Positions 50,003 to 61,359 of a stretch of 64,000 nt of DNA are shown piece after piece (within the stretch, counting starts at the first letter, position 1; each line of letters opens with the position of its first letter). Source of the DNA: an uncultured Thermoleophilia bacterium (GTDB lineage Bacteria > Actinomycetota > Thermoleophilia > UBA2241); contig CAVPCT010000005.1 in the NCBI GenBank assembly GCA_963702475.1, forward strand, positions 96,001 through 160,000. The letters run 5' to 3'. The notes beneath the pieces are model-generated. The model ran no database searches. It was not told the DNA's origin and was given only the letters and a program-made list of their open reading frames with translations. The position numbers and the translations under genes are program-made.

Positions 50003-51700
50003 TCACTGCTGGACCCAGAGCGTCCACATGTCGGTGAAGCCCATCGGGTTGTGGACGAAGTTGGCGATGCGGTTGTTGGTGACGCGGTAGTCCCGGTAGA
50101 AGTACAGCGGGACGGCCGGCATGTCGGTGAGGATGATCTTCTCGGCCTGCGCGTACAGGTTGTAGCGCTGCTGCGCGTCCTGCGTGGAGCGGGCCTGCAG
50201 GAGAAGGTCGTCCACCTGCTGGTTGGAGTAGAAGGTGTAGCTGCCGGTACGCGCCTGGTCCGACTGGAACAGCGGGTACAGGAAGTTGTCCATGGACGGG
50301 TAGTCTGCGATCCAGCCCATGCGGAAGAGCTGGCTGCCGCTGCCCTTGTTGCCCTTGGAGAGCTTGTCGAGGAAGGTGCCCCACTCGAAGTTGCTGAGCT
50401 TGACCTCGATGCCCGCCTGCTGCCAGCCGGCCTGCAGCACCTCGCCGATCTTCTGGTGACCCTCGTCGGTGTTGTACCAGTAGTTGAGAGCGGGGACGCT
50501 GCCGATGGCGGCGACGCGACTGGCGGCGTCCTCCGGGTTGTACGGATACGGGGTCTGCTCGGCCAGATAGCCGGGGATGCCCAGTGGGACGTAGCCGGCG
50601 GCCGGCAGGGAGACGCCCTCGTTGACGATGTTGATGACGTTCTGCGCGTCGGCGGACTCGGCGACGGCGATGCGCAGGTCCTGGTTCTGGCCCAGGGACT
50701 CGTCGGTCATGTTCATGCCGACGAAGTAGATCGCCAGCGCCGGCCAGCGCTTGGCCGTCCACTCACCGCTCTTGACCTTGGGGTTGTTCTCTGACGCGGT
50801 CACCTGGCCCGGCGGCACACTGGTGTAGTCGATGCTGCCCTTCTGGAACTCGAGCCACTCGGTCTGGCTCGAGGTGATGATCGGCATGTTGATGGTGTCG
50901 ATGTACGGCCCACCCGCCGTCTGGTTCCAGTAGTCGGGGTTCTTGACCAGCGTGACACTCTGGTTGTTCTTCCAGCTCTCGACCATGTACGGACCGGTGC
51001 CGACAGGCTTCTGGCTGAAGGCCTTGGCGCCGATCTGCTTCAGGTAGTCGAGGGGGAAGGCAGAGGCCACGGTGTGGCCCAGGGTCTGCGGGAACTCCGC
51101 GAACGGGTACCGCAGCTTGACCTCGAGCGTGTAGTCGTCGATGGCCGTCACGCCGGTGAGGCCGGCCTTGGGGTCGACCTGATAGCCGCCGTCGTCACAG
51201 CCCTCGATGGGCGCCAGGATGTACGACACGTACGACTGGTTGGCCGGGTCGGTGACGTAGTTCCACGAGTCGACGAAGTCCTGCGCCTTGACCTCACGGC
51301 TGACCGGCGCCTGGTACATGACACCCTGCTTGAGGTTGAAGGTCCATGTCTGTGAGTCGGTGGTCTCCCAGCTCTCCGCGAGCACGGGCTCGGCGACCAT
51401 CTCGCCCTTGTCGTTCATGACGTAGCCCGCGAGGCCCTCGAAGACCTGATGGGCGACCTGCATGCCCTCGGACTCCTGGGCGTTCACCGGCTCGATGGAG
51501 ACCGGGTTCGCGGTGAGCGGGTAGTTGTAGGTGCCGCCGGCGACCGGCGACGCGGCGGCGGAGGGACTAGCCTCGCCGCCGCCGCCTTCGCTGCTCTCGC
51601 CGCAGGCGCCGAGCGCCAGAGCGGCGACGATGAGCACTGCTGCGACGAGTAGCAGCCAGCGCGACCTCAGGACGGGTTTCTTCACGGTGACCTCCTTCAC
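50003..51700 (-). CDS. oppA: Peptide ABC transporter substrate-binding lipoprotein (family 5)
   Basis: Lipobox LGA|C, FEGL, LAESWE, PVGTGPY, GWIADYP, VPLYF. Confidence 0.9.
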   Translation of the reverse strand: MKEVTVKKPVLRSRWLLLVAAVLIVAALALGACGESSEGGGGEASPSAAASPVAGGTYNYPLTANPVSIEPVNAQESEGMQVAHQVFEGLAGYVMNDKGEMVAEPVLAESWETTDSQTWTFNLKQGVMYQAPVSREVKAQDFVDSWNYVTDPANQSYVSYILAPIEGCDDGGYQVDPKAGLTGVTAIDDYTLEVKLRYPFAEFPQTLGHTVASAFPLDYLKQIGAKAFSQKPVGTGPYMVESWKNNQSVTLVKNPDYWNQTAGGPYIDTINMPIITSSQTEWLEFQKGSIDYTSVPPGQVTASENNPKVKSGEWTAKRWPALAIYFVGMNMTDESLGQNQDLRIAVAESADAQNVINIVNEGVSLPAAGYVPLGIPGYLAEQTPYPYNPEDAASRVAAIGSVPALNYWYNTDEGHQKIGEVLQAGWQQAGIEVKLSNFEWGTFLDKLSKGNKGSGSQLFRMGWIADYPSMDNFLYPLFQSDQARTGSYTFYSNQQVDDLLLQARSTQDAQQRYNLYAQAEKIILTDMPAVPLYFYRDYRVTNNRIANFVHNPMGFTDMWTLWVQQ

Positions 51701-51856
51701 GACTGACCTTGCCTGTCCACCCCGTGCCCCCCCACGGGAAGGGTGGTCTCATGATGGGAGCCCTGCCTCCCGGTCTGACCAGTGTGTGCTGGTGAACACC
51801 CCCCTCTTCGCCCTCCCGCCGCTGAGACGGGAACGGGCATGCCGCCGGGACCGCGG

Positions 51857-52078
51857 CTAGCCGAGCCTCCACACGAGGAGGAACGACGTCACGAACCAGG
51901 CGACACCCGTGATGATGGTGTAGCGCGTGAGGTTGCGTTCCATGACGCTCGCCGACGAGGCGAACGAGAAGCCGGTGATGCTGGCCATGCCCGCATCCTT
52001 GCCGCTGTGCAGCAGGATGAGGCCGATGAGCACGAGGCTCTCTGAGATGAAAAGCGCGACGAAGACTGCGTTCAGCAC
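51857..52078 (-). CDS. secG: Preprotein translocase subunit SecG
   Basis: VLIGLILLHSGKDAG...ERNLTRYT; 73 aa, two TM helices, usual position after glycolytic genes. Confidence 0.88.
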   Translation of the reverse strand: MLNAVFVALFISESLVLIGLILLHSGKDAGMASITGFSFASSASVMERNLTRYTIITGVAWFVTSFLLVWRLG

Positions 52079-52197
52079 GTGGTTACTCCCCCTGCGAAGA
52101 CACTGACTGCATACGAGATATCCATTCTTGCACCACAGGCGAGCCGCGACAAACCCTGAAGGCCGGGCGGGCCGCGAAGCGGCGGCCCCGGCCGGCA

Positions 52198-53883
52198 TCA
52201 CCTGCGCGGCTCGACAAGGGAGACGCCCGTCATCTCCGGCGGGTGCGCCACCCCGAGATACGAGAGCACCGTGGGCGCGAGGTCGCACAGGCGGCCGCCC
52301 TCGCGCACGCGCACTCCCTCGTCGGTGACGATGAACGGCACCGGGTTGGTGCTGTGCGCTGTGTTGGGACTGCCGTCGGCCTCGAGCATGTTGTCGGAGT
52401 TGCCGTGATCGGCGGTGATGAGGCACACGCCGCCGAGGCGGGTGACCGCATCGACCACCCGCCCGACACAGGTGTCGACGGCCTGCACGGCGGTCACCGC
52501 CGCCGCGATCACGCCGGTGTGCCCGACCATGTCGGCGTTGGCGTAGTTCACGACCGCGAAGTCGTACCGCGCGGAGTCCAGGGCGTCGACGAGCGCGTCG
52601 GTGACCTCGAACGCGCTCATCTCCGGCTTGTGGTCGTACGTGGGCACGTCGCGCGGGCTGGGGATGAGGATGCGCGTCTCCCCCTCCACCTCGCGCTCCA
52701 CACCGCCGTTGAAGAAGAACGTGACGTGCGCGTACTTCTCGGTCTCGGCGATGTGCAGCTGCCGCAGGCCGTGCTCGGCGAGCACATCGGCCAGGACGTG
52801 CCCGGGGTGCTCCGGTGGAAAGGCCACCGGCAGACCGAACTCCTGCTTGTACTGGGTCATGGTGACGAAGTCGACGGAGGGCGGGCGCGGGCCCCGATCG
52901 AACCCGTCGAAGCCGGGTTCGATGAAGGCCCGCGTCAGCTCCCGCGCCCTGTCCGGTCGGAAGTTGAAGAAGAGGCACACGTCGCCATCGGAGACCCGCG
53001 ACGGCAGCTCTGGGGCGACGACGGTGGGCCGCACGAACTCGTCGTCCTCGCCGCGGCGGTAGGCGGCGTCCACCGCCGCCTCCGCATCCGCGGCGAAGAA
53101 ACCCTTGCCGTAGACGAGCGCGTCCCAGGCGAGCTTGACGCGGTCCCAGCGCGTGTCGCGGTCCATGGCGTAGTACCGGCCGCACACCACGCCGTACCGC
53201 CCCACGCCGAGCGCGTCCATCCTCTCCTGTACGCGCGCCAGGTAGCCCCTGGCGCTTCGCGGGAGCGTGTCGCGGCCGTCCAGGAAAGCGTGTACGACCA
53301 CGGACCCCACGTTGCGCTGAGACGCGAGCTCCAGGCACGCCTCGAGGTGGCCCAGGTCGCTGTGCACGCCGCCGTCGGACACGAGGCCCATGAGGTGCAG
53401 GGTGCTCCCTCGCCCAGCTGCCTTGTCGAGCGCCTGCACGAGGACGCGGTTGCGGAAGAAATCCCCGTCCTCGACCGCCTTCGTGATGCGCGTGAGATCC
53501 TGGTAGACCACACGCCCTGCGCCGATGTTGAGGTGGCCGACCTCCGAGTTGCCCATCTGGCCCGGCGGCAGCCCCACCGCCGGGCCCGACGCGTCGAGCA
53601 CGCCGCTCGGGTACCGCTCCCGGAGCCCGTCCATCACGGGCGTCTCGGCCTCGCTGACGGCGTTGCCCGGGCCTGTGGGACCTGCGCCCCACCCGTCCAG
53701 CACCATGAGCACGACGGGACGCCGCACGCGGCCGTCCGGGGAGAGGGCCGGGTCGCCGGGGTCGTACGCGTGGGTCTGGGGACGGCCGCCGGGAGAGGAG
53801 GCCGGCGCGCCGGAGGCGGGACCGCCGGTCCCGCCTCCGGCAGGCGCGGCCGGAGTCACGCCCTCATCCGGCGTGCCCCTCAC
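52198..53883 (-). CDS. gpmI: 2,3-BPG-independent phosphoglycerate mutase
   Basis: [48 protein letters not shown]. Confidence 0.96.
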   Translation of the reverse strand: MRGTPDEGVTPAAPAGGGTGGPASGAPASSPGGRPQTHAYDPGDPALSPDGRVRRPVVLMVLDGWGAGPTGPGNAVSEAETPVMDGLRERYPSGVLDASGPAVGLPPGQMGNSEVGHLNIGAGRVVYQDLTRITKAVEDGDFFRNRVLVQALDKAAGRGSTLHLMGLVSDGGVHSDLGHLEACLELASQRNVGSVVVHAFLDGRDTLPRSARGYLARVQERMDALGVGRYGVVCGRYYAMDRDTRWDRVKLAWDALVYGKGFFAADAEAAVDAAYRRGEDDEFVRPTVVAPELPSRVSDGDVCLFFNFRPDRARELTRAFIEPGFDGFDRGPRPPSVDFVTMTQYKQEFGLPVAFPPEHPGHVLADVLAEHGLRQLHIAETEKYAHVTFFFNGGVEREVEGETRILIPSPRDVPTYDHKPEMSAFEVTDALVDALDSARYDFAVVNYANADMVGHTGVIAAAVTAVQAVDTCVGRVVDAVTRLGGVCLITADHGNSDNMLEADGSPNTAHSTNPVPFIVTDEGVRVREGGRLCDLAPTVLSYLGVAHPPEMTGVSLVEPRR

Positions 53884-55850
53884 CCCTTGGGCTCGAAGCG
53901 CACGATGCGCGCGAGTTCCGCCGGGTCGAGGCTCGCCCCGCCGACCAGCACGCCGTCTATGTCCGGCTGCGCCATGAGGTCGTCGATGTTGGCGGCCTTG
54001 ACGCTGCCGCCATACAGGATGCGCACGCCTCCGGCGGCGTCGCCGAAGCGCTCCGCCAGGCGGCGGCGGATGAAGCCGACGGTCTCCTGGGCCATCTCGG
54101 GCGTGGCGGTCCTACCGGTGCCGATGGCCCAGATGGGCTCGTAGGCCACGGCGACGCCGGCGATCTCGGTGACGCCGACCTCGGCGAGGTCGGCGTCGAG
54201 CTGGCCGCCGACCTTGCTCTCGGTCTGGCCGGCCTCACGCTCGTCGAGCGTCTCGCCGCAGCAGAGGACCGGCCGCAGGCCCGCGTCCAGGGCCGCCCGC
54301 ACCTTCTTGGAGAGGTCGGCGTCGTTCTCGGCGTAGTACTGCCGGCGCTCCGAGTGGCCGAGGATCACGTACTGCACACCCACCTCGGCCAGCATGGGAG
54401 GCGCGAGCTCGCCGGTGAAGGCGCCCTCGGCGGCGTAGTGCATGGTCTGAGCGCCGACCGCGATGGCGGTGTCGACCGTGTTGCCGAGCGCCACGTGGAC
54501 GCACAGGGCCGGCGGGCAGATGAGCACGTCGCGGTCGTCCACGCCGGCGACCAGCGGGCGGAACGCGGTGAAGAAGTCGCGCGTCTGCGCCGGCGTCTTG
54601 TACATCTTCCAGTTGCCGGCCATCAGCGGGCGGCGGGCCGGCGCCGCTGCGCCGCCGCCACCGCCCGGGCCGGCGTCCATGAGCGCGTCCACACCCGGCA
54701 AGGTGCGGCCCTCCAGGAACTCCATCGATGCACCTCCACCAGTGCTCACGTGGGTCAGACGACCATCGAGGCCAAAGGCACGCACGGCCGCGACGGTGTC
54801 GCCGCCACCGGCCACGGTGACGGCCGCGCTGGCCGCCACCGCCTCGCCGACGGCCCTGGTGCCGGCGGCGAACTCGGGGACCTCGAACAGGCCCATGGGG
54901 CCGTTCCAGTAGATCGTGCCGGCGCCGCGTAGTCGCCGGGCGAACTCGTCGACCGTCTTCGGCCCGATGTCGAGCGCCATGTCGTCGGCGCCCACCTCGT
55001 CGGTCGCCACGATGCGCGACGGCACACCGGCGGCCGCCTCGGGGGCGACGACGAGGTCGACCGGCAGGACCAGAGCGCACTGCGAGGCCGCCGCGGCGGC
55101 GAGCACCTCGGCGGCCTGCGTTGCCTCGTCGGCGTCGGCGCCTTTGGAGGTGCCGACGCTGCGGCCCTGGGCGGCGAGAAAGGCGTTGGCCATGGCGCCG
55201 CCGATCAGGATGCTGTCGGCGATCTCGAGCATCCTGCGGATGACGCTGATCTTGTCCGAGACCTTGAGCCCGCCCAGCACCACCACGAACGGACGTGCGG
55301 GGTCACGCAGCAGACGCCCGAGGATCTGCAGCTCGCGGGTCATGAGCAGCCCGGCCACCGACGGCAGGTAGTGCGTGACGCCCTCGGTGGACGCGTGCGC
55401 CCGGTGGGCCGTGCCGAAGGCGTCGTTGACGTACACCTGTGCGAGGCCGGCGAGACGCTGCGCGAACACGGCGTCGTCGCCCGTCTCCTCCGCGTGGAAG
55501 CGCAGGTTCTCCAGGAGCAGCACCTCGCCCGGCTTGAGTGCGGCGGCGGCCTGCTCGGCCCTCGGGCCGACGCAGTCGTCCACGGTGGCGACCGGCCGGC
55601 CCAGCAGCTCCGCGAGCCGCTCGGCCACCGGCTTCATGCGAAGCTCCTCCACGACCTGGCCCTTGGGGCGGCCCAGGTGCGAGGCGAGCACGAGCGAGCA
55701 GCCCTGGTCCAGAAGCTCCTGGATGGTGGGCAGGGCGGCACGGATGCGCGTGTCGTCGGCCACGTGCCCATCCTTGAGGGGCACGTTGAAGTCGACGCGG
55801 ACCAGCACGCGCTTGCCGGCCAGCGGGTAGTCGCTCAGCGAACGCTTCAT
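53880..55850 (-). CDS. pgk-tpiA: In-frame phosphoglycerate kinase / triosephosphate isomerase fusion
   Basis: PGK: [27 protein letters not shown]; linker [11 protein letters not shown]; TPI: [28 protein letters not shown]. Confidence 0.95.
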   Translation of the reverse strand: MKRSLSDYPLAGKRVLVRVDFNVPLKDGHVADDTRIRAALPTIQELLDQGCSLVLASHLGRPKGQVVEELRMKPVAERLAELLGRPVATVDDCVGPRAEQAAAALKPGEVLLLENLRFHAEETGDDAVFAQRLAGLAQVYVNDAFGTAHRAHASTEGVTHYLPSVAGLLMTRELQILGRLLRDPARPFVVVLGGLKVSDKISVIRRMLEIADSILIGGAMANAFLAAQGRSVGTSKGADADEATQAAEVLAAAAASQCALVLPVDLVVAPEAAAGVPSRIVATDEVGADDMALDIGPKTVDEFARRLRGAGTIYWNGPMGLFEVPEFAAGTRAVGEAVAASAAVTVAGGGDTVAAVRAFGLDGRLTHVSTGGGASMEFLEGRTLPGVDALMDAGPGGGGGAAAPARRPLMAGNWKMYKTPAQTRDFFTAFRPLVAGVDDRDVLICPPALCVHVALGNTVDTAIAVGAQTMHYAAEGAFTGELAPPMLAEVGVQYVILGHSERRQYYAENDADLSKKVRAALDAGLRPVLCCGETLDEREAGQTESKVGGQLDADLAEVGVTEIAGVAVAYEPIWAIGTGRTATPEMAQETVGFIRRRLAERFGDAAGGVRILYGGSVKAANIDDLMAQPDIDGVLVGGASLDPAELARIVRFEPKG

Positions 55851-55872
55851 GGCGTCTCCCCCGCGCGCCGGC

Positions 55873-56907
<1,035 letters not shown>

Positions 56908-57019
56908 CTATCAGAGGGGTGTCCGGCAACCGGACTCGCCGTTCAGCCCGCCACGTGCGGGGTCACTGCAGACCTCGGCTTGCTCTTCATGCCATCGTCG
57001 ACTCCCCGGCCGGCGCGCC

Positions 57020-60000
57020 TCAGCGAGGGTCTGCCAGCGCCGGCTGTGCCACGGTGGGGATACGCCCCAGGAAGATGTTCCCGGTACGGCCGTCGATGGA
57101 CAGCCAGTCGCCGGTGTGCAGCTCGTTGCCGGCGAGCCGCACCGTGCCCGAGGACTCGAGCACCTCCAGGTCGAGACACTCGACCACCGCCGTCTTGCCC
57201 AGGCGCTTGGCCGTGACGGCGGCGTGTGACGTGGTGCCGCCGCGCGCCGTGAGGATCCCGCTCACGCGGGCGATCATGGCGATGTCCTCGGGTACCGTGT
57301 CCGGACGCAGGAGCACGATGTTGGCGCTCGGGTCCTCCGACAGCAGCCGGTCGATCTGCTCGGCGTTGAGGGCCGCGCGCCCGGAGTAGGCGCCGCCCGC
57401 CACGCCCATGCCCACCGCCACCGGCGGGCCGTAGTTGGGCGAGGTGGTATCGAAGAACGGCGCGTCCTTGGTCTGCTCCTGGACCACGGCGCGCTTCTGC
57501 AGCACGTAAAGGTCCTCGCCGGCCGGCGACTCGAAGGTGAACTCGATCTCCTGCGGGTCGAACTCGCGCTGCCCGACGAGGTCGCGGGCCACGGCCAGCA
57601 GCTGGGCGTAGACCTCAGGATAGTCGCGCTCCAGCGAGCGCTCCACGCCGCGATAGGTGCGACTGCCCAGCCGCTGCGCCTCGGAGATGGGCAGCGGGAA
57701 CACGAGCCCTCCCACGAGGTCCTCCCCCTGGCAGCTGACCGCGAAGTCGCCGAACAGGCGTACCTGCCGGCTGTACGGTTCCAGGGGGTTGTTGGTGAAC
57801 GTGACGCCGGACCCGGATTCGCGGCTGAGGTTGCCGAACACCATGCGCTGCACCACGACGGCCGTGCCCCACTCCTCGGCCACGCCGATGTACTGGCGGT
57901 AGAGCCGTGCGTGTGACGAGTCCCACGACGCCAGCACCCTGAAGATGCACGAGACGACCTGCGCGAAGGGGTCGTCGACGAAGACGACGCCGGCCTCGCG
58001 AGCCCTCTCCTTGTAGGCGAAGGCGATCTCGCGCATCTGCGCGGGCGAGAAATCCAGCTTCTGGGCGACGCCGTAGCGCCGCTTGAACTCGATCATGATG
58101 TCGTCGAACACGTCGCGGTCGATGCCGTCGGCCATGGCCCACGACTGCAGGAAGCGACGGTAGCTGTCCCACGTGACCCAAGCGCGGCCCGGCTGCTGCG
58201 CCAGCCGCTCCGCGAGCTCGTCGTTGAGGCCGACGTTGACGAAGGTGGTCATGAGCCCCGGCATGGAGATGGCGGCGCCGGAGCGGATGGAGAGCAGCAG
58301 CATCCGCGACGGATCGCCGAGCCGCAGTCGGGTCTTCCGCTCCAGGCTCGACAGGGCCTTCTGGACGCGCTGGATGGTGTCGTCGTAGAGCGGCTGGTAC
58401 GACATGGCCGGCAGCGCCCCGAACAGCTCGATGGTGAGCACGAAGCCCTCGGGAACGCGGTGTCCGTAGGCCGCCATCTGCTTCAGGCCGAAGCCCTTGA
58501 ACCCGAGCGTCATCTGGTCGTCGGTGGACGGCTGCGGCTTGTGCAGTGGCGACACCAGGCGCTCGGGGTCGTAGTTCATCATGCGTGTGAGCGCCTGACT
58601 GCCCAGCCGGCCGTTGAGGAGCGAGATGCGGCGCAGGGCGGCCGCGACGAAGCGGTCGAGGTCCTGCATGCCGAGCGCCGAGACCAGGACGTCCCGCAGC
58701 ACCATCTCTGCGGCCGCGTCGACCGAGAGGCCGCGCGCCTCGCACTGACGGGGATCATGGGTGAGCGTGGTGTGCAACACCTGCTCATGACTGAGGACTG
58801 ACGTAGTGGACAGCTCCGTCACGCTGTTGGCCAGGAACTGGAACACGTTCTGGTACTGGCGGAAGGTGAAGTTGTGACTGCTGAAGCTCGTCTCGAGCAT
58901 CGTGAGGTTGGCGCTGAGGGCACGCGAGTCGGCGCCGTCGGCGGCCAGCGCGCGCTCCATGCGGCGGAGGGCCGCCGCCATCCTGCGCAGCGAGTCCCTG
59001 GTGACGTACGGCTCGATACCCTCGGCCGCAAGGTCGTCGAGCAGGCGGCCGACGAGGCTCTCGACCCGGAACGACAGCCCGAGCGCGTCGAACTTGGGCT
59101 CCGTGTAGGTGCCGTAGATGGACGGGATGCCGGCCGCGATGTGGCGCTTCTGGTAGATGTTCTCCTGCGCCGCCGACGGCCCCGGCGCGAGGATGATGTC
59201 CTTGAGGTGCTCGAGTACGGCCAGCGCCGCGTCGAGCAGGCGGTCGCGGGTGCGCGGCGCCGGGCGCGCCTGCCACGCCGAGAGGGCGCGCCCGAACGCC
59301 TGACGCACACCGGGGCTCAGCTGCAGGTGGTGACTCACCGCCGCTCCCACGTCCTCGGCGGTGAGCGAGTACTTGTGGGCCAGCAGCTGGTGCGTGCGTA
59401 CGAGCAGGGCGACGCGCCGCCAGGAGACGTCGCACGACTGCCCTTCGAGGGCCTGGCCTGCGCCGGACGGCTCGCCGGCCACGGCGTCGCAGTCGAGCGC
59501 CGCCGTGAGTCGCGCCTCGAGCGCCGCCGGGGGCAGGGCCAGGAGCTCGTCGAGGAAGGCTGTCGCGGCGTGCGCGGCGCGTTCGCCCGGGGCCTCGCCG
59601 CACAGGGCCAGCAGCACGCGGTGAGGCCCCTCGGCCCACTCCCGCTCTTTCCGCACCGCGAGCATGGTGTTCTCGGACAGGTACGGGGCGAGCACCGAGG
59701 CGTCGAGGGTCAGCCAGTACTCCATGACCGCGCGGCTGACCGCCACGAGGCGGTTGGACGACTCGGCATGCACCTGCTTGCGCAAGAAGTGCATGAGCGT
59801 GTCGCGGCGGCCGCAGAGCTCGTCGATCTGCGTGGAGACCGAGCGCAGCTCCCCCTCGGCGCCGACCTCGGCGAAATACACGGGGAAGGTGCGCAGCAGC
59901 TGTTTGGCGACGAAGTAGATGGGCCGGATGTCGGCGTTGAGGAAGCGCGTGACGTCGCGTTGGAAGAGGTCGGTGTCGGCGATGTACACCCCGCCCAGCC

Positions 60001-61258
60001 GCAGCTGGACGTTGAGGGCGGCGGCCAGCCGCTCGAACAGCGCCGGGTTAGACTCGATGATGTGCATCCAGCAGCGGATCTTGGGCAGGTGGTACGGGTT
60101 GACCACCGTCTCCCACTCCTCGGTGGTGCCGCTCACGTCCGGGTACTGGAAGTTCCAGTAGAGGATGTCCTCGATGAGGTGGTCGGCCGCTCTGACGTTG
60201 CCGGCCTCGCCGATGGCCACGCCGATGGCCTCGTAACACTGGAACCGCATGAGCAGGAACTCGTTGTCGCGGTTCTTGAAGAAGGCCGTGAGCCACGTGA
60301 GGATGCGCTCGGCGTCCATGTGCCTGTCGGGCTTCATGAGCTGCTTGACGACGCCCAGAAGGTCGGCCATCACGTCGCGCTGCCGGTAGCCGAGGGTCTC
60401 GTCCTTCAGGAAGAAGAGGCAGACGGCGAAGCGGTCCTCGAGGTTCTGCACGAGGAAGAGCTGGTGGATGGCCTCGTCCAGCAGCTCCGAGAGGAGAGGG
60501 AAGCGCGGCGACAGCAGGTCTTCGGGCCGCGCCTCACGCGCCTCGGCCGCCAGGCGACTCGTGCGACGCCCGCCGAGAAAGTCGAAGCAGCCGACCACGG
60601 CGCCCGAGTCGGTGAGCCCGTCCTGCACCTCGAGGCCCCGGGCCCAGCCCGGGACGTCGAGGTGCCTGCCGACCTCGGCATACGCCGCGGCGAGCAGCTC
60701 GCGGAGCAGCCCGAGATAGGCGGTGGCGAGACGCGGCCGGGCCGCCGCCGTTTCGACGAGGTTGCGCACGAGCGCGTCGCGCTCGAGGAACCCCGGCGTA
60801 TGCGCCGGCAGCAGGCGGAGAAGCGCCTCGCCCACCCGGCCCAGCGCCGCGTCGTAGTCGGCCGGGAAGGGGCCCTGGAGCGCCGCGGTACACCACGAGA
60901 GCAGCGTCCTCAGCAGCAGCGAGAACTGGTCACGCGTGAGCGGGGACTCGAGGAGGTCCACGAGCAGTTCGGCGAAGAGGCCGAACAGGCGCGCGCGCTG
61001 CTCCGAGCGCTCGAAGTACGGCCAGTTGCGCAGCAGCGCCGTCTGGAAGCCGTCGACCAGATGATCGGCGCTGCGGAAGGTGTGGAAGTACTCGCCCAAG
61101 GTGTCGGCCAGCGACGAGCGCACCCCGTGCAGTCCCTCGACCGCCTCGAGCAGCGGCGCGTACCTGTCAGGGATGACGACCTCCTGCGCCGTGGAGGCCA
61201 CGTTGGCCCTCCAGGCGTCGGAGTCGACGGGTAGCGATGGGGTCCGAAGGATCGGCAC
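57020..61258 (-). CDS. Large PPDK-related dikinase: ~900-aa unknown N-terminus, ATP-grasp domain and phospho-His swivel domain; no PEP/pyruvate barrel
   Basis: LGFKG (~aa 920), VPEGF, SIRSGAAISMPGLM, WDSYRRF, GTAVVVQRMVFGN, QGEDLV, EIEFT, GGTTSHAAV; stop about 67 codons after the His. Confidence 0.85.
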   Translation of the reverse strand: MPILRTPSLPVDSDAWRANVASTAQEVVIPDRYAPLLEAVEGLHGVRSSLADTLGEYFHTFRSADHLVDGFQTALLRNWPYFERSEQRARLFGLFAELLVDLLESPLTRDQFSLLLRTLLSWCTAALQGPFPADYDAALGRVGEALLRLLPAHTPGFLERDALVRNLVETAAARPRLATAYLGLLRELLAAAYAEVGRHLDVPGWARGLEVQDGLTDSGAVVGCFDFLGGRRTSRLAAEAREARPEDLLSPRFPLLSELLDEAIHQLFLVQNLEDRFAVCLFFLKDETLGYRQRDVMADLLGVVKQLMKPDRHMDAERILTWLTAFFKNRDNEFLLMRFQCYEAIGVAIGEAGNVRAADHLIEDILYWNFQYPDVSGTTEEWETVVNPYHLPKIRCWMHIIESNPALFERLAAALNVQLRLGGVYIADTDLFQRDVTRFLNADIRPIYFVAKQLLRTFPVYFAEVGAEGELRSVSTQIDELCGRRDTLMHFLRKQVHAESSNRLVAVSRAVMEYWLTLDASVLAPYLSENTMLAVRKEREWAEGPHRVLLALCGEAPGERAAHAATAFLDELLALPPAALEARLTAALDCDAVAGEPSGAGQALEGQSCDVSWRRVALLVRTHQLLAHKYSLTAEDVGAAVSHHLQLSPGVRQAFGRALSAWQARPAPRTRDRLLDAALAVLEHLKDIILAPGPSAAQENIYQKRHIAAGIPSIYGTYTEPKFDALGLSFRVESLVGRLLDDLAAEGIEPYVTRDSLRRMAAALRRMERALAADGADSRALSANLTMLETSFSSHNFTFRQYQNVFQFLANSVTELSTTSVLSHEQVLHTTLTHDPRQCEARGLSVDAAAEMVLRDVLVSALGMQDLDRFVAAALRRISLLNGRLGSQALTRMMNYDPERLVSPLHKPQPSTDDQMTLGFKGFGLKQMAAYGHRVPEGFVLTIELFGALPAMSYQPLYDDTIQRVQKALSSLERKTRLRLGDPSRMLLLSIRSGAAISMPGLMTTFVNVGLNDELAERLAQQPGRAWVTWDSYRRFLQSWAMADGIDRDVFDDIMIEFKRRYGVAQKLDFSPAQMREIAFAYKERAREAGVVFVDDPFAQVVSCIFRVLASWDSSHARLYRQYIGVAEEWGTAVVVQRMVFGNLSRESGSGVTFTNNPLEPYSRQVRLFGDFAVSCQGEDLVGGLVFPLPISEAQRLGSRTYRGVERSLERDYPEVYAQLLAVARDLVGQREFDPQEIEFTFESPAGEDLYVLQKRAVVQEQTKDAPFFDTTSPNYGPPVAVGMGVAGGAYSGRAALNAEQIDRLLSEDPSANIVLLRPDTVPEDIAMIARVSGILTARGGTTSHAAVTAKRLGKTAVVECLDLEVLESSGTVRLAGNELHTGDWLSIDGRTGNIFLGRIPTVAQPALADPR

Positions 61259-61359
61259 GATGGGTCAATGATACCGCGCCCGGGAGGGGCCGGGCCTTGC
61301 GCTAGAATGGCGGGCATCGGGCACACGAGCCCGCAGGACGTGCAGGAGGGCCGCGATCC

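Noticed and set aside
51701-51856. Riboswitch or tRNA between secG and oppA
   Set aside because: GC-rich and foldable, but no tRNA arms or recognisable riboswitch consensus could be identified by eye; a covariance-model scan would settle it.
57020-61258. Annotating the large gene as ordinary ppdK/ppsA or as a truncated pseudogene
   Set aside because: The pyruvate-binding barrel is absent and no remnant follows the stop (gap starts ~150 bp later); the frame is intact over 1412 codons with catalytic residues preserved.
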